64,000 nt of DNA from Hyalangium minutum (GCF_000737315.1 NZ_JMCB01000021.1:1-64000); one strand, 5' to 3'; shown: positions 26,434 through 37,139, counted from the first letter of the stretch. The notes: generated from the letters alone by a model not told the origin. Numbers and translations: made by a program.

Positions 26434-28047
26434 CTACAGGTACTCCACCGCGCAGCTCTTCCCATCGAACGTGACGACCGTGCGCCGGTCGGGCCTCACC
26501 TTCACGACGCAGCGGGCGGTAGTGCCGCCGCTGATGAAGAACTCGGCCGTGTGCGTCCCCGCTGCCATGCGCTGAATCGAGATCGGCAGCGCCTCACGTC
26601 CGCGGCCCGGCAGCTTCACCTCCACGGCGGTGCCTGTCGTCGCCTTGATGCGGAGGACGCCCTCGCCCGTCAGTACCTCCTCGGGCGCGGGCGCGGGAGT
26701 CTTCGCCGTCACTGAAGGCGTGGGCGCCGAGGCGGGAGACGGACGGCGGGTCTCCCGGCGCGTCCGCTCACGGCCCGGCTTGGGAACAGGCACCACCTCG
26801 TCCTCACTGAGAGACGGCGCGCTGCTTGGCGAGGCCTTCACCTCGGGAGGCACCGAGTCGCGCGGAGCCGCCTCCGCGACCGCCACCTTCGGCGGAGTGC
26901 TCGGTGGAGTGGGAGGCGTCACCTCCGTCACCGGGTGCGGCACCGGCTTGGGGCGCTGCAGCCCCTTCCACACCACCAGCCCTCCTCCCACGAGCGCCAG
27001 CGCCGTCACCACCCCGAGTGCGGCCCTCACCGGCTGCTTCTGCAAGAACGCCGGCTCTCTCGGCCGCGAGGGCGTGTTGGGCACGCCCACCAGCGAGCCG
27101 CGCGGCCGCTTCACCCCCGTGGGGATGACCGAGAACGCGCCGGACTGCTCCTGCACGTACCCCGCGAGCGATGACGGGCCCACGGCCAGCCCCGCTCCAA
27201 GCGCCGCCGCCTCCAGGTCCTCGCGCATGGCGGCCGCGTCGGGGTACCGGTCCTCGGGCTTCACCTGCAGGGAGCGGCCCACGACCGCGTAGAAGCCTCG
27301 CGGCAGACCGGGGCACACGCGCTCCAGCGGCTCCCACTTGCCCTTCACCAGCGCGGAGTGGCGCTCGGTGACGTTGCTGTTCACGTCCAGCGGCGTGGTG
27401 CCCGCAGCCAGCTGGTACAGGGTGATGCCCAGCGAGAACAAGTCACTGCGCCCATCCAGCTTCTTCCCCATGGCCTGCTCGGGAGAGAAGTAGCCCGCCT
27501 TGCCCTTCGTCGTCCCCACCTGCGTCAGGTTGCGGTTGGTGGCCGCCTGCGCAATGCCGAAGTCGATGAGCTTCAGCGTCCCGTTGGGCGCCAGCAGGAT
27601 GTTCTGCGGCGACACATCCCGGTGCACCAGCTCCTGGTGCGCATGCACGGCCTCCAGCGCCGCGCAGGTGAAGATGCCCACCGCCAGCAGTCCCTCATCC
27701 GTGAGCCGCTCGCCGCGCGAGTGCAGCGTCCGCGCCACCGTGGACAACGGCGCGCCCGTCACCAGCTCCATGGCCATGTAGAGCAGGCCGTCCACCTCGC
27801 CGACTTCATAGATGTGGGCGATGTTGGGGTGGTTCAGCGTGCAGGCCGTGCGGGCCTCGTCCAGGAACATCTCCCGGAAGTCCGCCGACTCCGAATACTC
27901 CGGCCGGATGACCTTGAGCGCCACCGGACGGGAGATGCCTCCGGTGAGCGTCTGCTCCGCACGGTACACCTCGGCCATCCCGCCCTGGGCAATCAGGCGA
28001 GCGACGCGGTACCTGCCAACGACAGTGCCAGACGAGAGGGAGGACAA
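26434..28047 (-). CDS. Transmembrane Hanks-type Ser/Thr kinase
   Basis: GGMAEVY, VALK, HRDVSPQN and DFG; one TM helix; Pro-rich linker. Confidence 0.95.
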   Translation of the reverse strand: MSSLSSGTVVGRYRVARLIAQGGMAEVYRAEQTLTGGISRPVALKVIRPEYSESADFREMFLDEARTACTLNHPNIAHIYEVGEVDGLLYMAMELVTGAPLSTVARTLHSRGERLTDEGLLAVGIFTCAALEAVHAHQELVHRDVSPQNILLAPNGTLKLIDFGIAQAATNRNLTQVGTTKGKAGYFSPEQAMGKKLDGRSDLFSLGITLYQLAAGTTPLDVNSNVTERHSALVKGKWEPLERVCPGLPRGFYAVVGRSLQVKPEDRYPDAAAMREDLEAAALGAGLAVGPSSLAGYVQEQSGAFSVIPTGVKRPRGSLVGVPNTPSRPREPAFLQKQPVRAALGVVTALALVGGGLVVWKGLQRPKPVPHPVTEVTPPTPPSTPPKVAVAEAAPRDSVPPEVKASPSSAPSLSEDEVVPVPKPGRERTRRETRRPSPASAPTPSVTAKTPAPAPEEVLTGEGVLRIKATTGTAVEVKLPGRGREALPISIQRMAAGTHTAEFFISGGTTARCVVKVRPDRRTVVTFDGKSCAVEYL

Positions 28048-28107
28048 GATCGGCCCCCAAGCCTAGCAGGGCCCGCGCCGGGCTCGTAGCTGCCCCCGCG
28101 GGTAGGC

Positions 28108-29157
28108 TCACCAGATCATGTCCTGTTCCTCGGTCACTCCGGGCACGTTCGACAGGGTGTACGTGCGGCCCCCCGCCTTCACCGTGCCCTCGAAGAGGCC
28201 CACGGGCTGCGCGAAGTGGCTCACCACCAGCCGCAGGTCCTTCTCATCCCGGTGGACGTAGATGGGCTTGAAGCGCAGGTCCACCGCGCCATCCACCGTC
28301 GTCACCCGCCATGGATCGAGCAGCTCCTTCGGGTCGTACTCGAAGCGCGCGGGCGCCAGCGGGTAGAGCCGATCCCCCACCCAGAAGCCGCTCTCGTTGT
28401 GTCCGTCCTTCTCGTTGAAGCCCTCAGCGAAGTTGAAGCCGGTGGGCGTGCCATCCGCCAGCCGGCCCGCGGCGAAGGCCCACCGCCACGCGGTATGCCG
28501 CGCCAGGTAGCCCTGCGTGTAGTCCAGGCCGCCCACGCCCCCGTCCAGCCGGAAGTGCTTGCCGCCCACCTCCAGGCTCCCCAGCGCCAGCAGCCCGCCG
28601 CGCTTCTGCGTCACGTTCACCAGCCCGTCGCCCTCCACGGGCGCAATCAGCGTGAGCGCCGGAGGCCCACCGGCCACCAGCAGCTCGCCGCGCCACTGGA
28701 AGGTCTGGAGGCTCCCGGTCCTCACGCGGCTCACGTCCACCTCGAGCTGGTAGCGCTCGTCGTCCTCGCCCCGGCGCGCGGACAGCCGGCCTCCCAGCGT
28801 CCGGAAGGAGGCGGTCAGCCCGGCACCTGGCCGGTCGCTCACCTCCACCCATGGGCCGGGTGCGCCCAGGAAGCTCACGTCACAGAGCGGCCGGCGCTCC
28901 TGGAGATCCACCGCGACAGCGAAGGCGCTCGAGGTGTAGCCCAGGTCCACCACGGCGAAGAGGGCCGCAACCTCGGGGGTCGCGGCGAAGGTGTAGAGCC
29001 AGCGCTTGCGCTTGAGCAGGCGGGCGGCCACGGCGAGCGCCCAGCGGCCTCGGAGCCGGCCCAGGTCCACCTCGGGTAGCTCGCCCTGGTACTTCCCAAA
29101 GCACGGCTCACCTTGCGTCGTCGCCACGGACTGCGGCACGGGGGGGAGGAGGGACAT
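28108..29157 (-). CDS. DUF2804-family protein
   Basis: KRWLY, DLGYTSSAF, DYTQGYLARHTAWRWA and QPVGLFEG motifs. Confidence 0.8.
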   Translation of the reverse strand: MSLLPPVPQSVATTQGEPCFGKYQGELPEVDLGRLRGRWALAVAARLLKRKRWLYTFAATPEVAALFAVVDLGYTSSAFAVAVDLQERRPLCDVSFLGAPGPWVEVSDRPGAGLTASFRTLGGRLSARRGEDDERYQLEVDVSRVRTGSLQTFQWRGELLVAGGPPALTLIAPVEGDGLVNVTQKRGGLLALGSLEVGGKHFRLDGGVGGLDYTQGYLARHTAWRWAFAAGRLADGTPTGFNFAEGFNEKDGHNESGFWVGDRLYPLAPARFEYDPKELLDPWRVTTVDGAVDLRFKPIYVHRDEKDLRLVVSHFAQPVGLFEGTVKAGGRTYTLSNVPGVTEEQDMIW

Positions 29158-29260
29158 CTCTCGCTCGGGTCTCATCCCTCGCATTGTGCTGGGTTGGCTC
29201 CGCGCCCGCCACGGAACCCGACCTGCGAGGATCGATCCCGGACAAACCGGCCCCTCGGGG

Positions 29261-29824
29261 CTACCAGGTGATGTGCAGATCGAAACTGATCGGCGACGTC
29301 GGGGCCACGCGGATGACCGGGGTGACGCGCGCCATCCGCAGCGCCTCCTCGAGCAAGCCACAGAGGAAGTAGGGCGACAGGCCCACGCCGGTGCGGAACT
29401 CCATGCGGAACTGGCGCTCGGAGACCTGCACGGCGTTCACGACGATGGGCGAGGAGTCGAACCGCAGGTGCTCCGGAAACTTCTTGAGGAAGCGCGCGGG
29501 CCCCAGCAGCGGCACGCTCACGGACACCACACGGCCCAGCACCGTCTGCCCGAAGCCCTGCACGAACTGCTGCCCGAGCCGCCGCCGCCCCTCCTCCACC
29601 GTGAGCCCCGGGTAGAAGTGCTTGCAGGCGATGTCCAGGCACTGCCGGAACAGCTTCAGCGGGTACTGCGGCAGCAAGTCGTCCCGATCGAAGCCAGCCT
29701 CGCGCATCTCCGCCTCGAAGCGCTCGTTGCGCGGCAGCCCATGCACGAACAATCCCTCGAAGAGGATCGCTCGCGTCATGGGCTCGACGGCCAGGGGAGG
29801 CGGCGTCAACGGGCTCGTCCGCAT
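29261..29824 (-). CDS. DUF2378 (myxobacterial TIGR02265) family protein
   Basis: LFEGLF, GFDRDDLLPQYP, LGQQFVQGF..TVLGR; start uncertain. Confidence 0.85.
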   Translation of the reverse strand: MRTSPLTPPPLAVEPMTRAILFEGLFVHGLPRNERFEAEMREAGFDRDDLLPQYPLKLFRQCLDIACKHFYPGLTVEEGRRRLGQQFVQGFGQTVLGRVVSVSVPLLGPARFLKKFPEHLRFDSSPIVVNAVQVSERQFRMEFRTGVGLSPYFLCGLLEEALRMARVTPVIRVAPTSPISFDLHITW

Positions 29825-29903
29825 ACCGCGCAGACTCACACCATCCGCCGCCAAACGGAAGTCTTCGCCCGCACTCCGCGTCAAATGGACTGAACGCACC
29901 GCG

Positions 29904-31076
29904 TCACGCCCGGCCGAAGATGATGCGCTCTTCGGCCAGGAGGCGCGTGGTGAGCATGAGGCAGCCGGCCGCCGCGGCGGCGCAGCCAACGACTCCCAGG
30001 AGGAACGGGATGGGCCCCACGGCCTGGCCTCGCATCACCTCGCCAATGAGGAGCTGCTGGCCGAAGACGGGGACGATGTACATCCACAGCTGGCTCTGGA
30101 TGGGAGAGACGGCCAGCAGCATGCCGGGGAGCATGGGCAGCAGCAGCAGGAGCTGGATATAGGTCTGCGCTTCCTTGAAGGAGCGAGCGTAGGTGGACAC
30201 CAGCATCTGTCCCGCCGAGGCGAAGAAGGCCAACGGCACCACGGTGGCCAACATGCCCAGCACGGCGGCGGCGTCGAAGCGCGCCTTCACGCCCAGGTCC
30301 TGCAGGGGCACGCTCTTGACGGCGAGGAGGAAGGCCCCGAGGCACACGCCGATGGCCACGCACGCAAGCACCACGGTGGTGAGCCACTTGCCCGTCACCA
30401 CGGCGCCGCGATGCACAGGGTTGAGGAGCAGGGGCTCCAGCGAGCCGCGCTCGCGCTCACCGGCCATGGCGTCGATGGCCACGTTCATCCCGCCCATGAA
30501 GGCGGCGAACACGAGGAAGATGGGGATGATGTTGAGAACGTTCGCGGCCATGCGCTCGGGAGTGGCCAGGTCCACCTCGTCCACGCGGACGGGGGTGGCC
30601 AGCTCGGGGGCCACGCCTCGGGCGAAGAGACGCTCAGCGCCCAACATGCCCGAGTAGCCCTGGAGCAGGCTGGTGAGGCGACGAACGGTGGAGCGGGCCT
30701 GGTTGCGCGAGTTGTCCACCACGAGCTGCACCGAGGCGGTGTGCCCGGAGGAGAAGTCCTTGCCGTAGTCCGAGGGGATGATGAGCACGGCGTCCAGCTT
30801 GCCGGCCTGAATCTGCGCCTCGTAGTCCGCGGGCGCGTCCGCGAGGGTGGCGCCCTGCCTCTGGAGGAAGGCCATGAGGCTGGGAGCGTTCTCGCGGCCG
30901 ATGATGGAGACCTCGAGTGGCTTGCCCTCACGGAACCACGAGGCCATCACCGTGAACATGACGGCGAAGATGACGGGGCCAATGAGGGGGCCGGCGAGCG
31001 CGCTCGTCACCGAGCGCCGATCCCGGAGGTGGTCCTTCATCTCCTTGCGGAAGACGGTGCCGATGAGCTTCCTCAT
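29904..31076 (-). CDS. ABC-2 permease (NatB-like)
   Basis: KEMKDHLRDRR and AGERERGSLEPLL motifs. Confidence 0.92.
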   Translation of the reverse strand: MRKLIGTVFRKEMKDHLRDRRSVTSALAGPLIGPVIFAVMFTVMASWFREGKPLEVSIIGRENAPSLMAFLQRQGATLADAPADYEAQIQAGKLDAVLIIPSDYGKDFSSGHTASVQLVVDNSRNQARSTVRRLTSLLQGYSGMLGAERLFARGVAPELATPVRVDEVDLATPERMAANVLNIIPIFLVFAAFMGGMNVAIDAMAGERERGSLEPLLLNPVHRGAVVTGKWLTTVVLACVAIGVCLGAFLLAVKSVPLQDLGVKARFDAAAVLGMLATVVPLAFFASAGQMLVSTYARSFKEAQTYIQLLLLLPMLPGMLLAVSPIQSQLWMYIVPVFGQQLLIGEVMRGQAVGPIPFLLGVVGCAAAAAGCLMLTTRLLAEERIIFGRA

Positions 31077-31807
31077 TGCATCAACCCCTGGTCAGTTCCG
31101 ATGACGGACACGAAGGCCTCCTCGAGGCTCTCCTTGCCGGTGCGGGCGCGCAGCTCGTCCGGAGTGCCCTCTGCGACCACGCGGCCCCGGGCCACGACGA
31201 CGATGCGGTCACACAGCGCGCCCACCTCCTGCATGACGTGGCTGGAGAAGAGGATGCAGTGGCCCTGCTCCTTGAGGCGGCGGATGAGAGTGCGCACGGC
31301 GCGGGTGCTCATGACGTCGAGCCCGTTGGTGGGCTCGTCCAGCAGCACGTTGCGCGGGTTGTGCACGAGCGCGCGGGCCAGGGCCACCTTCATGCGCTCG
31401 CCCTGGCTGAAGCCCTCGGCGCGCCGGTCGGCGATGTCCTTCATGTCCAGCAGCTCGATCAGCTCGGCCACGCGCTTGTCCAGGAGCGAGCCGGACAGCC
31501 CATGAAGCTCTCCGGCGTAGCGCGCGTGCTCACGGGCCGTGAGGCGCGGGTAGAGGCCGCGGGCGTCCGGCAGCACGCCGATGGCGCGGCGCACCTCCAG
31601 GGGCTTCTCGGCCACGTCCAGGCCGTCGATGCGGGCGGCGCCCCGGTCGGGCCGGACGAGCGTGTAGAGCATGCGAAGCGTCGTCGTCTTCCCGGCGCCA
31701 TTGGGGCCGAGCAGGCCGGTGACGACACCGTCCGCCGCAGAGAAGGACACGTCCTCCACCGCCGTCACCGCGCCGAAGCGCTTGTGCAGGTTGCGCACTT
31801 CAATCAT
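31073..31807 (-). CDS. ABC transporter ATP-binding protein (NatA-like)
   Basis: GPNGAGKT, FSQGE and LLDEPTNGLD. Confidence 0.95.
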   Translation of the reverse strand: MIEVRNLHKRFGAVTAVEDVSFSAADGVVTGLLGPNGAGKTTTLRMLYTLVRPDRGAARIDGLDVAEKPLEVRRAIGVLPDARGLYPRLTAREHARYAGELHGLSGSLLDKRVAELIELLDMKDIADRRAEGFSQGERMKVALARALVHNPRNVLLDEPTNGLDVMSTRAVRTLIRRLKEQGHCILFSSHVMQEVGALCDRIVVVARGRVVAEGTPDELRARTGKESLEEAFVSVIGTDQGLMQ

Positions 31808-31820
31808 TGGAGTGTTCCCA

Positions 31821-33311
31821 TCACGGCACCGGGCCTGCGAAGGACGTGAAGAACGGCGGGCGCGTCAGGTCCGAGGCGCAGGTGGACTTCAGCCCATCCA
31901 CGGTGCCCTGCTTCACGAAGTCCGCCATCAACGACTGCACACAGCCCAGCACCGCCGTGTTGTGCCCCACTCCCGGCACCACCACATGCAGGCTGTGGCT
32001 CAGCGTCTTCTTCGCCTCCTCGCCCCACGAGGGCGGCGTCACCGGATCCAGCTCGCCGGACAGCAACAGCGTGGGCACCGAGGACGTTACGGGATCCCGA
32101 TATCCCTCGGGCACCGTGCCCTTCGGCCATACCTTGCAGGGCTCGAGAATGTTGCGGATCTGCTGCGCACCGAACCACGTGCCCTTTGCCTCACGCACAA
32201 TCGCCTCGTCGGTGATGAAGGGCGCGTCCTCCGCGCAGACCACCGAGAAGAACATGCCGTGGCTGATCGTATCGCTCATCCCGCCTGAGATTCCCTGGCT
32301 CAGCGCGATGAACGGCGCCCAGTCGCCCTTCGTCGCCCGGTCCAGCATCAGCGGCACCAGCGTGGCGATCTCCGGCGAGTAGAGCTGGCCGAACATCATC
32401 TGCAGGAACGCGTGCCGGGACAGAGTGAACTCCTCCGGAACCCCCGTCAGCGGGTGCTTCACCTGCACCTTCTCCGGCGCCTGCGCCATCCGCTCCAGCA
32501 GCGCCTCCACCCGCTTCTTCAGGTCGGGGAACGCCTGGGCGCAGTTCACGTCCTTCTCACAGTGCTCGAAGAGCAAATCCAACGCCCGCTGCCCGTCCCT
32601 CGGCATGTAGAGCGGCAGGTACAGGCTCATGGGCGCCACGCCATCGAGGATCGCCGAGCGCACCCGGTCCGGGTGCTGCCGCATGTACACCAGCGCAGCA
32701 CGCGTCCCGTACGACACCCCCCACAGGTTCAGCTTCTCGTAGCCCAGCGCCTCGCGCACCTCATCCAGGTCCTCCATGGCGATGGGCGTGGTGTAGAGGC
32801 GCGGGTCCGCGTCATAGCCCTTCAGGCACTTCTGGAAGTCCTCCTCGCGGAATGCGTCATCGAACTTCTCCGCAAGCCCGCTGTCCTCGGGATCCGGTGC
32901 GCACTTCAGCGCTCCCGAGCCGCCCGTACCCCGTTGGTCCACCAACAAGATGTCTCGGTTGCGGTGGATGCGGTCCACCATCTGCAAGATCGTCACCTTC
33001 GAGGCCGCCTGCCCCGGGCCTCCCGCCAGCAGCACCAGCGGATCCGGCTCCGCCGAGGCTGCCAGTGCGGGCACTACCACCACGCGCAGAGGAATCTTCC
33101 GCCCCTGCTTCGCCACCCGGTCCTCGAAGACTTCATAGGTGCCGCACAGGGTCTGGTACTCAATGCCCTCGACGCGGCAGGAGCTCAGCGCCACCTTGGG
33201 CGCGGACGGCTCCGATGGACTCCGGCTGCACGCCGCCGCGAACACCCCCACGGACACCAGGAGCAGGACGAGGCGTGGGACAGGGTTGGGGGTTTCGCCA
33301 GGCACGCGCAT
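31821..33311 (-). CDS. Lipoprotein alpha/beta-hydrolase, TAP-like (S33) peptidase
   Basis: FAAAC lipobox; GGPG, DQRGTG, GVSYG, GELDPVTP and GHN motifs. Confidence 0.9.
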   Translation of the reverse strand: MRVPGETPNPVPRLVLLLVSVGVFAAACSRSPSEPSAPKVALSSCRVEGIEYQTLCGTYEVFEDRVAKQGRKIPLRVVVVPALAASAEPDPLVLLAGGPGQAASKVTILQMVDRIHRNRDILLVDQRGTGGSGALKCAPDPEDSGLAEKFDDAFREEDFQKCLKGYDADPRLYTTPIAMEDLDEVREALGYEKLNLWGVSYGTRAALVYMRQHPDRVRSAILDGVAPMSLYLPLYMPRDGQRALDLLFEHCEKDVNCAQAFPDLKKRVEALLERMAQAPEKVQVKHPLTGVPEEFTLSRHAFLQMMFGQLYSPEIATLVPLMLDRATKGDWAPFIALSQGISGGMSDTISHGMFFSVVCAEDAPFITDEAIVREAKGTWFGAQQIRNILEPCKVWPKGTVPEGYRDPVTSSVPTLLLSGELDPVTPPSWGEEAKKTLSHSLHVVVPGVGHNTAVLGCVQSLMADFVKQGTVDGLKSTCASDLTRPPFFTSFAGPVP

Positions 33312-33360
33312 CCTCCATCATTAGCCACCTGGACTTACCACTGCTAAGCCCTGGCCCACC

Positions 33361-34179
33361 ATGAAACGAACGCTCTTCCTGCTCCTGTCCCTGTCGCTCG
33401 TCACCCTCACCGGCTGCGCCACGCTCAAGAAGCTCTTCAAGAAACCCACCGTCACCTTCAAGACCGCGCGCCTGTCCAGCGCCTCGCTCTCGGACGCCAC
33501 CGTGGACGTCGTCTACGAGGTGCGCAACCCCAACACCTTCGGCCTGTCGCTCGCCAAGGTGGACTACGCCTTCTTCGTCGAGGGCAAGCAGGTGGTGGCC
33601 GGCGCCCCTCGCAACGGACTCAACCTCAAGGCGCATGACAGCAGCGAGCTCGTCTTCCCCGCCAACGTGAAGTTCGCGGACATCGTCCCCGTGGTGGAGA
33701 CGTTCCTCAACAAGGACCAGGCCCTCTTCAAGGTTCAGGGCAGCGTGGGCATCAACACCCCCATCGGCGTCCTCTCCTTTCCCCTGGAGAAGGAGGGCAC
33801 CTTCGAGGTCCCCAAGATTCCCAACGTCCAGTTCGAGGCTCCCCGCATCACCAACCTCTCCATCAGCGGAGCCACGGTGGAGTTCCCCCTCAACATCACC
33901 AACCGCAACAGCTTCCCGCTGCCCGTGGCCGGCCTCGCCGGAGACCTCAAGGTGGCCGGCGCCAGCGTGGGCACCCTCTCCACGGGCGACCTGGGCATGC
34001 TCGACGGCGGCGGCACCCGCCAGGTGACGCTCCCGCTGCAGATCAACTTCGCCCGCGCCGCCTCGGCCGCCACCGCGCTGCGCTCGGGCAACGCCCAGGT
34101 CAACCTGAGCGGGCGCCTCACCTCCGGCAGCGGCAACGTCCCGCTCAACATTGGCCAGCTGCTGCAGTTCAAGCGCTGA
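33361..34179 (+). CDS. LEA type 2 (tandem WHy) lipoprotein
   Basis: LTGC lipobox; NPNTFGL and NRNSFPL (NPN-type) motifs. Confidence 0.88.
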   Translation: MKRTLFLLLSLSLVTLTGCATLKKLFKKPTVTFKTARLSSASLSDATVDVVYEVRNPNTFGLSLAKVDYAFFVEGKQVVAGAPRNGLNLKAHDSSELVFPANVKFADIVPVVETFLNKDQALFKVQGSVGINTPIGVLSFPLEKEGTFEVPKIPNVQFEAPRITNLSISGATVEFPLNITNRNSFPLPVAGLAGDLKVAGASVGTLSTGDLGMLDGGGTRQVTLPLQINFARAASAATALRSGNAQVNLSGRLTSGSGNVPLNIGQLLQFKR

Positions 34180-34285
34180 GCTTCTGACGCGACGGGCCTT
34201 GCGCCCTTTACCCTCCGGCTCGCGCTCTGCCATGCTCGGGGCCTCCCCGCGCCATGTGCGGCACGAGCCCTGGAGGGACGACACG

Positions 34286-34726
34286 ATGAAGAGGATGTGG
34301 GTGGTGAGCGGCCTGATGCTCTCGGTGGTGGGCTGCTCTCGCATCGAGACCCGGCCCAACCCTCAGGACGAGGACACGCTCTTCGGCAGCCAGGTCCCCT
34401 ACGTCAAGGCGCCTCCGGTGGACCGCTGCTCCTCCCACAAGAAGTCCGCGGCGGGCGCGAGCTGCGAGGACGCTCGCTACCTGGGCACCGAGTACACCCG
34501 GCGCCTGGCTGTGGGAGATGAGGTGTGCCTGGAGGGCGGTTACGGAGACGACGTGGGGCCGAGTTGCAAGGCCCGCGCGGCCGTCATCGACACGGGCCCC
34601 AACGGGGTGAAGCTGGAGATCCGCAGCGCCAAGCCGGACTCGCGCTGGTTCAACTCGGAGATGCGCCACGCCTGGTACGAGGAAGGCGCCTTGGTGGACC
34701 TGTATCTGGCCGAGCGGGGTTATTAG
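34286..34726 (+). CDS. Hypothetical lipoprotein
   Basis: VVGC lipobox; GGAGG RBS. Confidence 0.8.
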   Translation: MKRMWVVSGLMLSVVGCSRIETRPNPQDEDTLFGSQVPYVKAPPVDRCSSHKKSAAGASCEDARYLGTEYTRRLAVGDEVCLEGGYGDDVGPSCKARAAVIDTGPNGVKLEIRSAKPDSRWFNSEMRHAWYEEGALVDLYLAERGY

Positions 34727-34732
34727 AGAACC

Positions 34733-35362
34733 ATGGCCTTCTACGATGACTTCGTCGAGCGCCTCAGCGCGCTCAAGAGCTTTACTCCCGCCGAGGCGAA
34801 GAAGCTGGCGAGCGCCAAGCTGTCGGACATCGTCCTGCAGGAGATCGCCCGCTCGCGCCAGCGCATCACTGACTTGGAGAAGCGCTTCCCCTCGGCGGGC
34901 CCCAAGGAGCTGGCCCAGCACCTCATCGACGGGAAAAAGGGGCTGGCCAGCATGGCCGGCGGCATCAGCGGCGTGTTCGGCCTCATCTCCGTGCCCGCTG
35001 ACCTCGTCTTCATGTCGTGGCTGCAGATCATCCTCCTGGTGGACGTGGCCACGCTCTACAAGGTGAACCTCAAGAGCGAGCGCACCCGGGGCGAGCTGCT
35101 GGACTTGTTTGGCTACGCCAATGGGCTGGGTCCGATGCAGCGCTCCAGCCCGAAGGTGCTCAGCGGGCTGGCGGCGAAGCTGCTGGTGAAGGGGGGCCTG
35201 CCCACGCTGGGCCGGGCCATGCCTCTGGTGGCCGCGCCCATCACCGCCTACCTCAACAACCAGCACATCCAGTCGGTGGGCGAGCAGGCCGTGCGCTTCT
35301 ACGAGGGCTTCGACAAGGCCCACGCCAAGGCGCGCGGCGCCCGCGAGAAGAAGACGGGCTGA
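34733..35362 (+). CDS. EcsC-family protein
   Basis: GGISGVFGLISVPADL and GRAMPLVAAPI motifs. Confidence 0.75.
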   Translation: MAFYDDFVERLSALKSFTPAEAKKLASAKLSDIVLQEIARSRQRITDLEKRFPSAGPKELAQHLIDGKKGLASMAGGISGVFGLISVPADLVFMSWLQIILLVDVATLYKVNLKSERTRGELLDLFGYANGLGPMQRSSPKVLSGLAAKLLVKGGLPTLGRAMPLVAAPITAYLNNQHIQSVGEQAVRFYEGFDKAHAKARGAREKKTG

Positions 35363-35364
35363 AG

Positions 35365-37023
35365 CTAGGGCGAGACTGGCACGGCCTCGCCTCGCTCCTC
35401 TGATGGCTGGCGGTTCCACCGGGGCTCTTCGTTCGAGGGCGGGCGCGGCTCTGGAGGAAGCACGACGTGGAAGGTGCTCCCCTCCCCCGCCTGCCCGGTG
35501 GACTCCGCCCAGATGCGGCCTCCGTGCCGCTCGACGATGCCCCGGGCGATGCTCAGCCCCAGCCCCAAGCCTCCATAGGAAGTGCCGTGCGCCTGGCTGA
35601 ACCGCTCGAAGACGAGGCGCAGCTTGTCCGGAGGAATCCCCAGGCCTCGATCCCGGACCCACACGTGGAAGAGCGCTCCCTCCTTTCGCGCCTCCACGGT
35701 GATGAGCCCTCCATCGGGTGAGTAGCGCAGGGCATTGGAGATCAGGTTGGTGAAGACCTGCTCCAGCCGCTGGCGATCTCCCGTGAGCACCAGCCCCTCG
35801 GGGACTCGCACCTCGATGCGCCAGCTCCCTTCGAAGGGCTGGAGGTGCTCGGCCACCTCGGTGAGCAGCTCGCGCAGGTCCACCTTGCCCTTCTCCAGGC
35901 TCAGCTCCCCCCGCTGGAGCTTGCTCATGTCGAGCAGGTTCTCCACGAGCCTCGCCATCCGGTCCACGCTGCGGGTCAGCCCCTGGAGCGCCCGCTCCAC
36001 GCCCTCGCCCATGCCGCTGCTCCCCTTGAGCCGCGCCAGGTAGACGAAGCCCCGAGCCGCCTGCAGGGGCGTGCGCAGCTCATGCGCGGCCATGGTGAGG
36101 AAGATGTCCTTCGCCTCGTTGGCCGCCTGCAGGGCCTCGATGGCGCGCCGGCTGTCATCGATGTCCGTGGCGGTGACGATCCACCCCGTGAGCATGCCCT
36201 CCTCCAGCTCCGGGAGCATGCGGCCCATGAACCAGCGATAGGTGCCGTCACGGTTGCGGCGAATCCGGTACTCCACCACCGAGGGCTGCCCCGTCTTGTG
36301 CGAGTGCTCCCAGGCTGCCTGGGCGCGCGGCAGATCCTCCGGGTGGAGGGTGGCGTCGACGGCGTTCCAGCTCCGGCCCTGCTCGGGGGTCAGCCCCGCG
36401 TACTCCAGCCAGCACCGGTTGGTATAGGTGATGGCACCATCCGGGAGCATGGCCCAGACGAACAGCGGCAGCGCGTCCACCAGCGAGCGAAAGCGCTGCT
36501 CGCTCTGCCGGGCCAGCATTCTCCGCTCCAGCTCCCACAGCGCGGCCTCCTGACGCTGGAGCCGCTGTTGCTGGAGGAAGAGCGACACGAACACCTCCAC
36601 CTTCCAGCGCAGCACGTCCGGGTTGAAGGGCTTCACCACGTAGTCCACCGCGCCGTGCTCGTAGCCGTGGACCAGGTCCGACTCTTCGCGGCTGTGCGCG
36701 GTGAGGAAGATGATGGGCGTGTAGCGCGAGCGCTGCCGCTGACGGACCAGGCGCGCCGTCTCGAAGCCGCTGAGGTCCGGCATCTGCACGTCCAGGAGGA
36801 TGACGGCGAAGTCCTCGCGCAGCAGGTGACGCAGCGCCTCCCGGCCCGAGCTCGCACGGACGAGTCGCTGACCCAGCGGCTCCAGGATTGCCTCCAAGGC
36901 GATCAAGTTGGACGGGTGATCGTCCACCAGCAGGATGCTGGTGGTGAGGGGCTCGGACTGAGAGGTGTACTGGGAGGTATTGGTGGAGCCTTCCACGTCC
37001 GTCCTCCTGCGGGTCGCTGGCAT
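35365..37023 (-). CDS. Hybrid sensor kinase REC-PAS-HisKA-HATPase
   Basis: LLVDD/LDVQMP receiver, PAS/PAC, AHELRTPL, NALRYS and GLGLGL. Start uncertain (could extend to 37131). Confidence 0.9.
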   Translation of the reverse strand: MPATRRRTDVEGSTNTSQYTSQSEPLTTSILLVDDHPSNLIALEAILEPLGQRLVRASSGREALRHLLREDFAVILLDVQMPDLSGFETARLVRQRQRSRYTPIIFLTAHSREESDLVHGYEHGAVDYVVKPFNPDVLRWKVEVFVSLFLQQQRLQRQEAALWELERRMLARQSEQRFRSLVDALPLFVWAMLPDGAITYTNRCWLEYAGLTPEQGRSWNAVDATLHPEDLPRAQAAWEHSHKTGQPSVVEYRIRRNRDGTYRWFMGRMLPELEEGMLTGWIVTATDIDDSRRAIEALQAANEAKDIFLTMAAHELRTPLQAARGFVYLARLKGSSGMGEGVERALQGLTRSVDRMARLVENLLDMSKLQRGELSLEKGKVDLRELLTEVAEHLQPFEGSWRIEVRVPEGLVLTGDRQRLEQVFTNLISNALRYSPDGGLITVEARKEGALFHVWVRDRGLGIPPDKLRLVFERFSQAHGTSYGGLGLGLSIARGIVERHGGRIWAESTGQAGEGSTFHVVLPPEPRPPSNEEPRWNRQPSEERGEAVPVSP

Positions 37024-37139
37024 CGTCCTGAGGTCCAACTGGGTAACGCTGGACATGGGCCAGAATTGCTCCGCCCGCCTGACTGCCTCCCAGGCAGACA
37101 CCTGGGACGCTGCCCCGCTGGCAGTGCTCAAGAGGGGGC

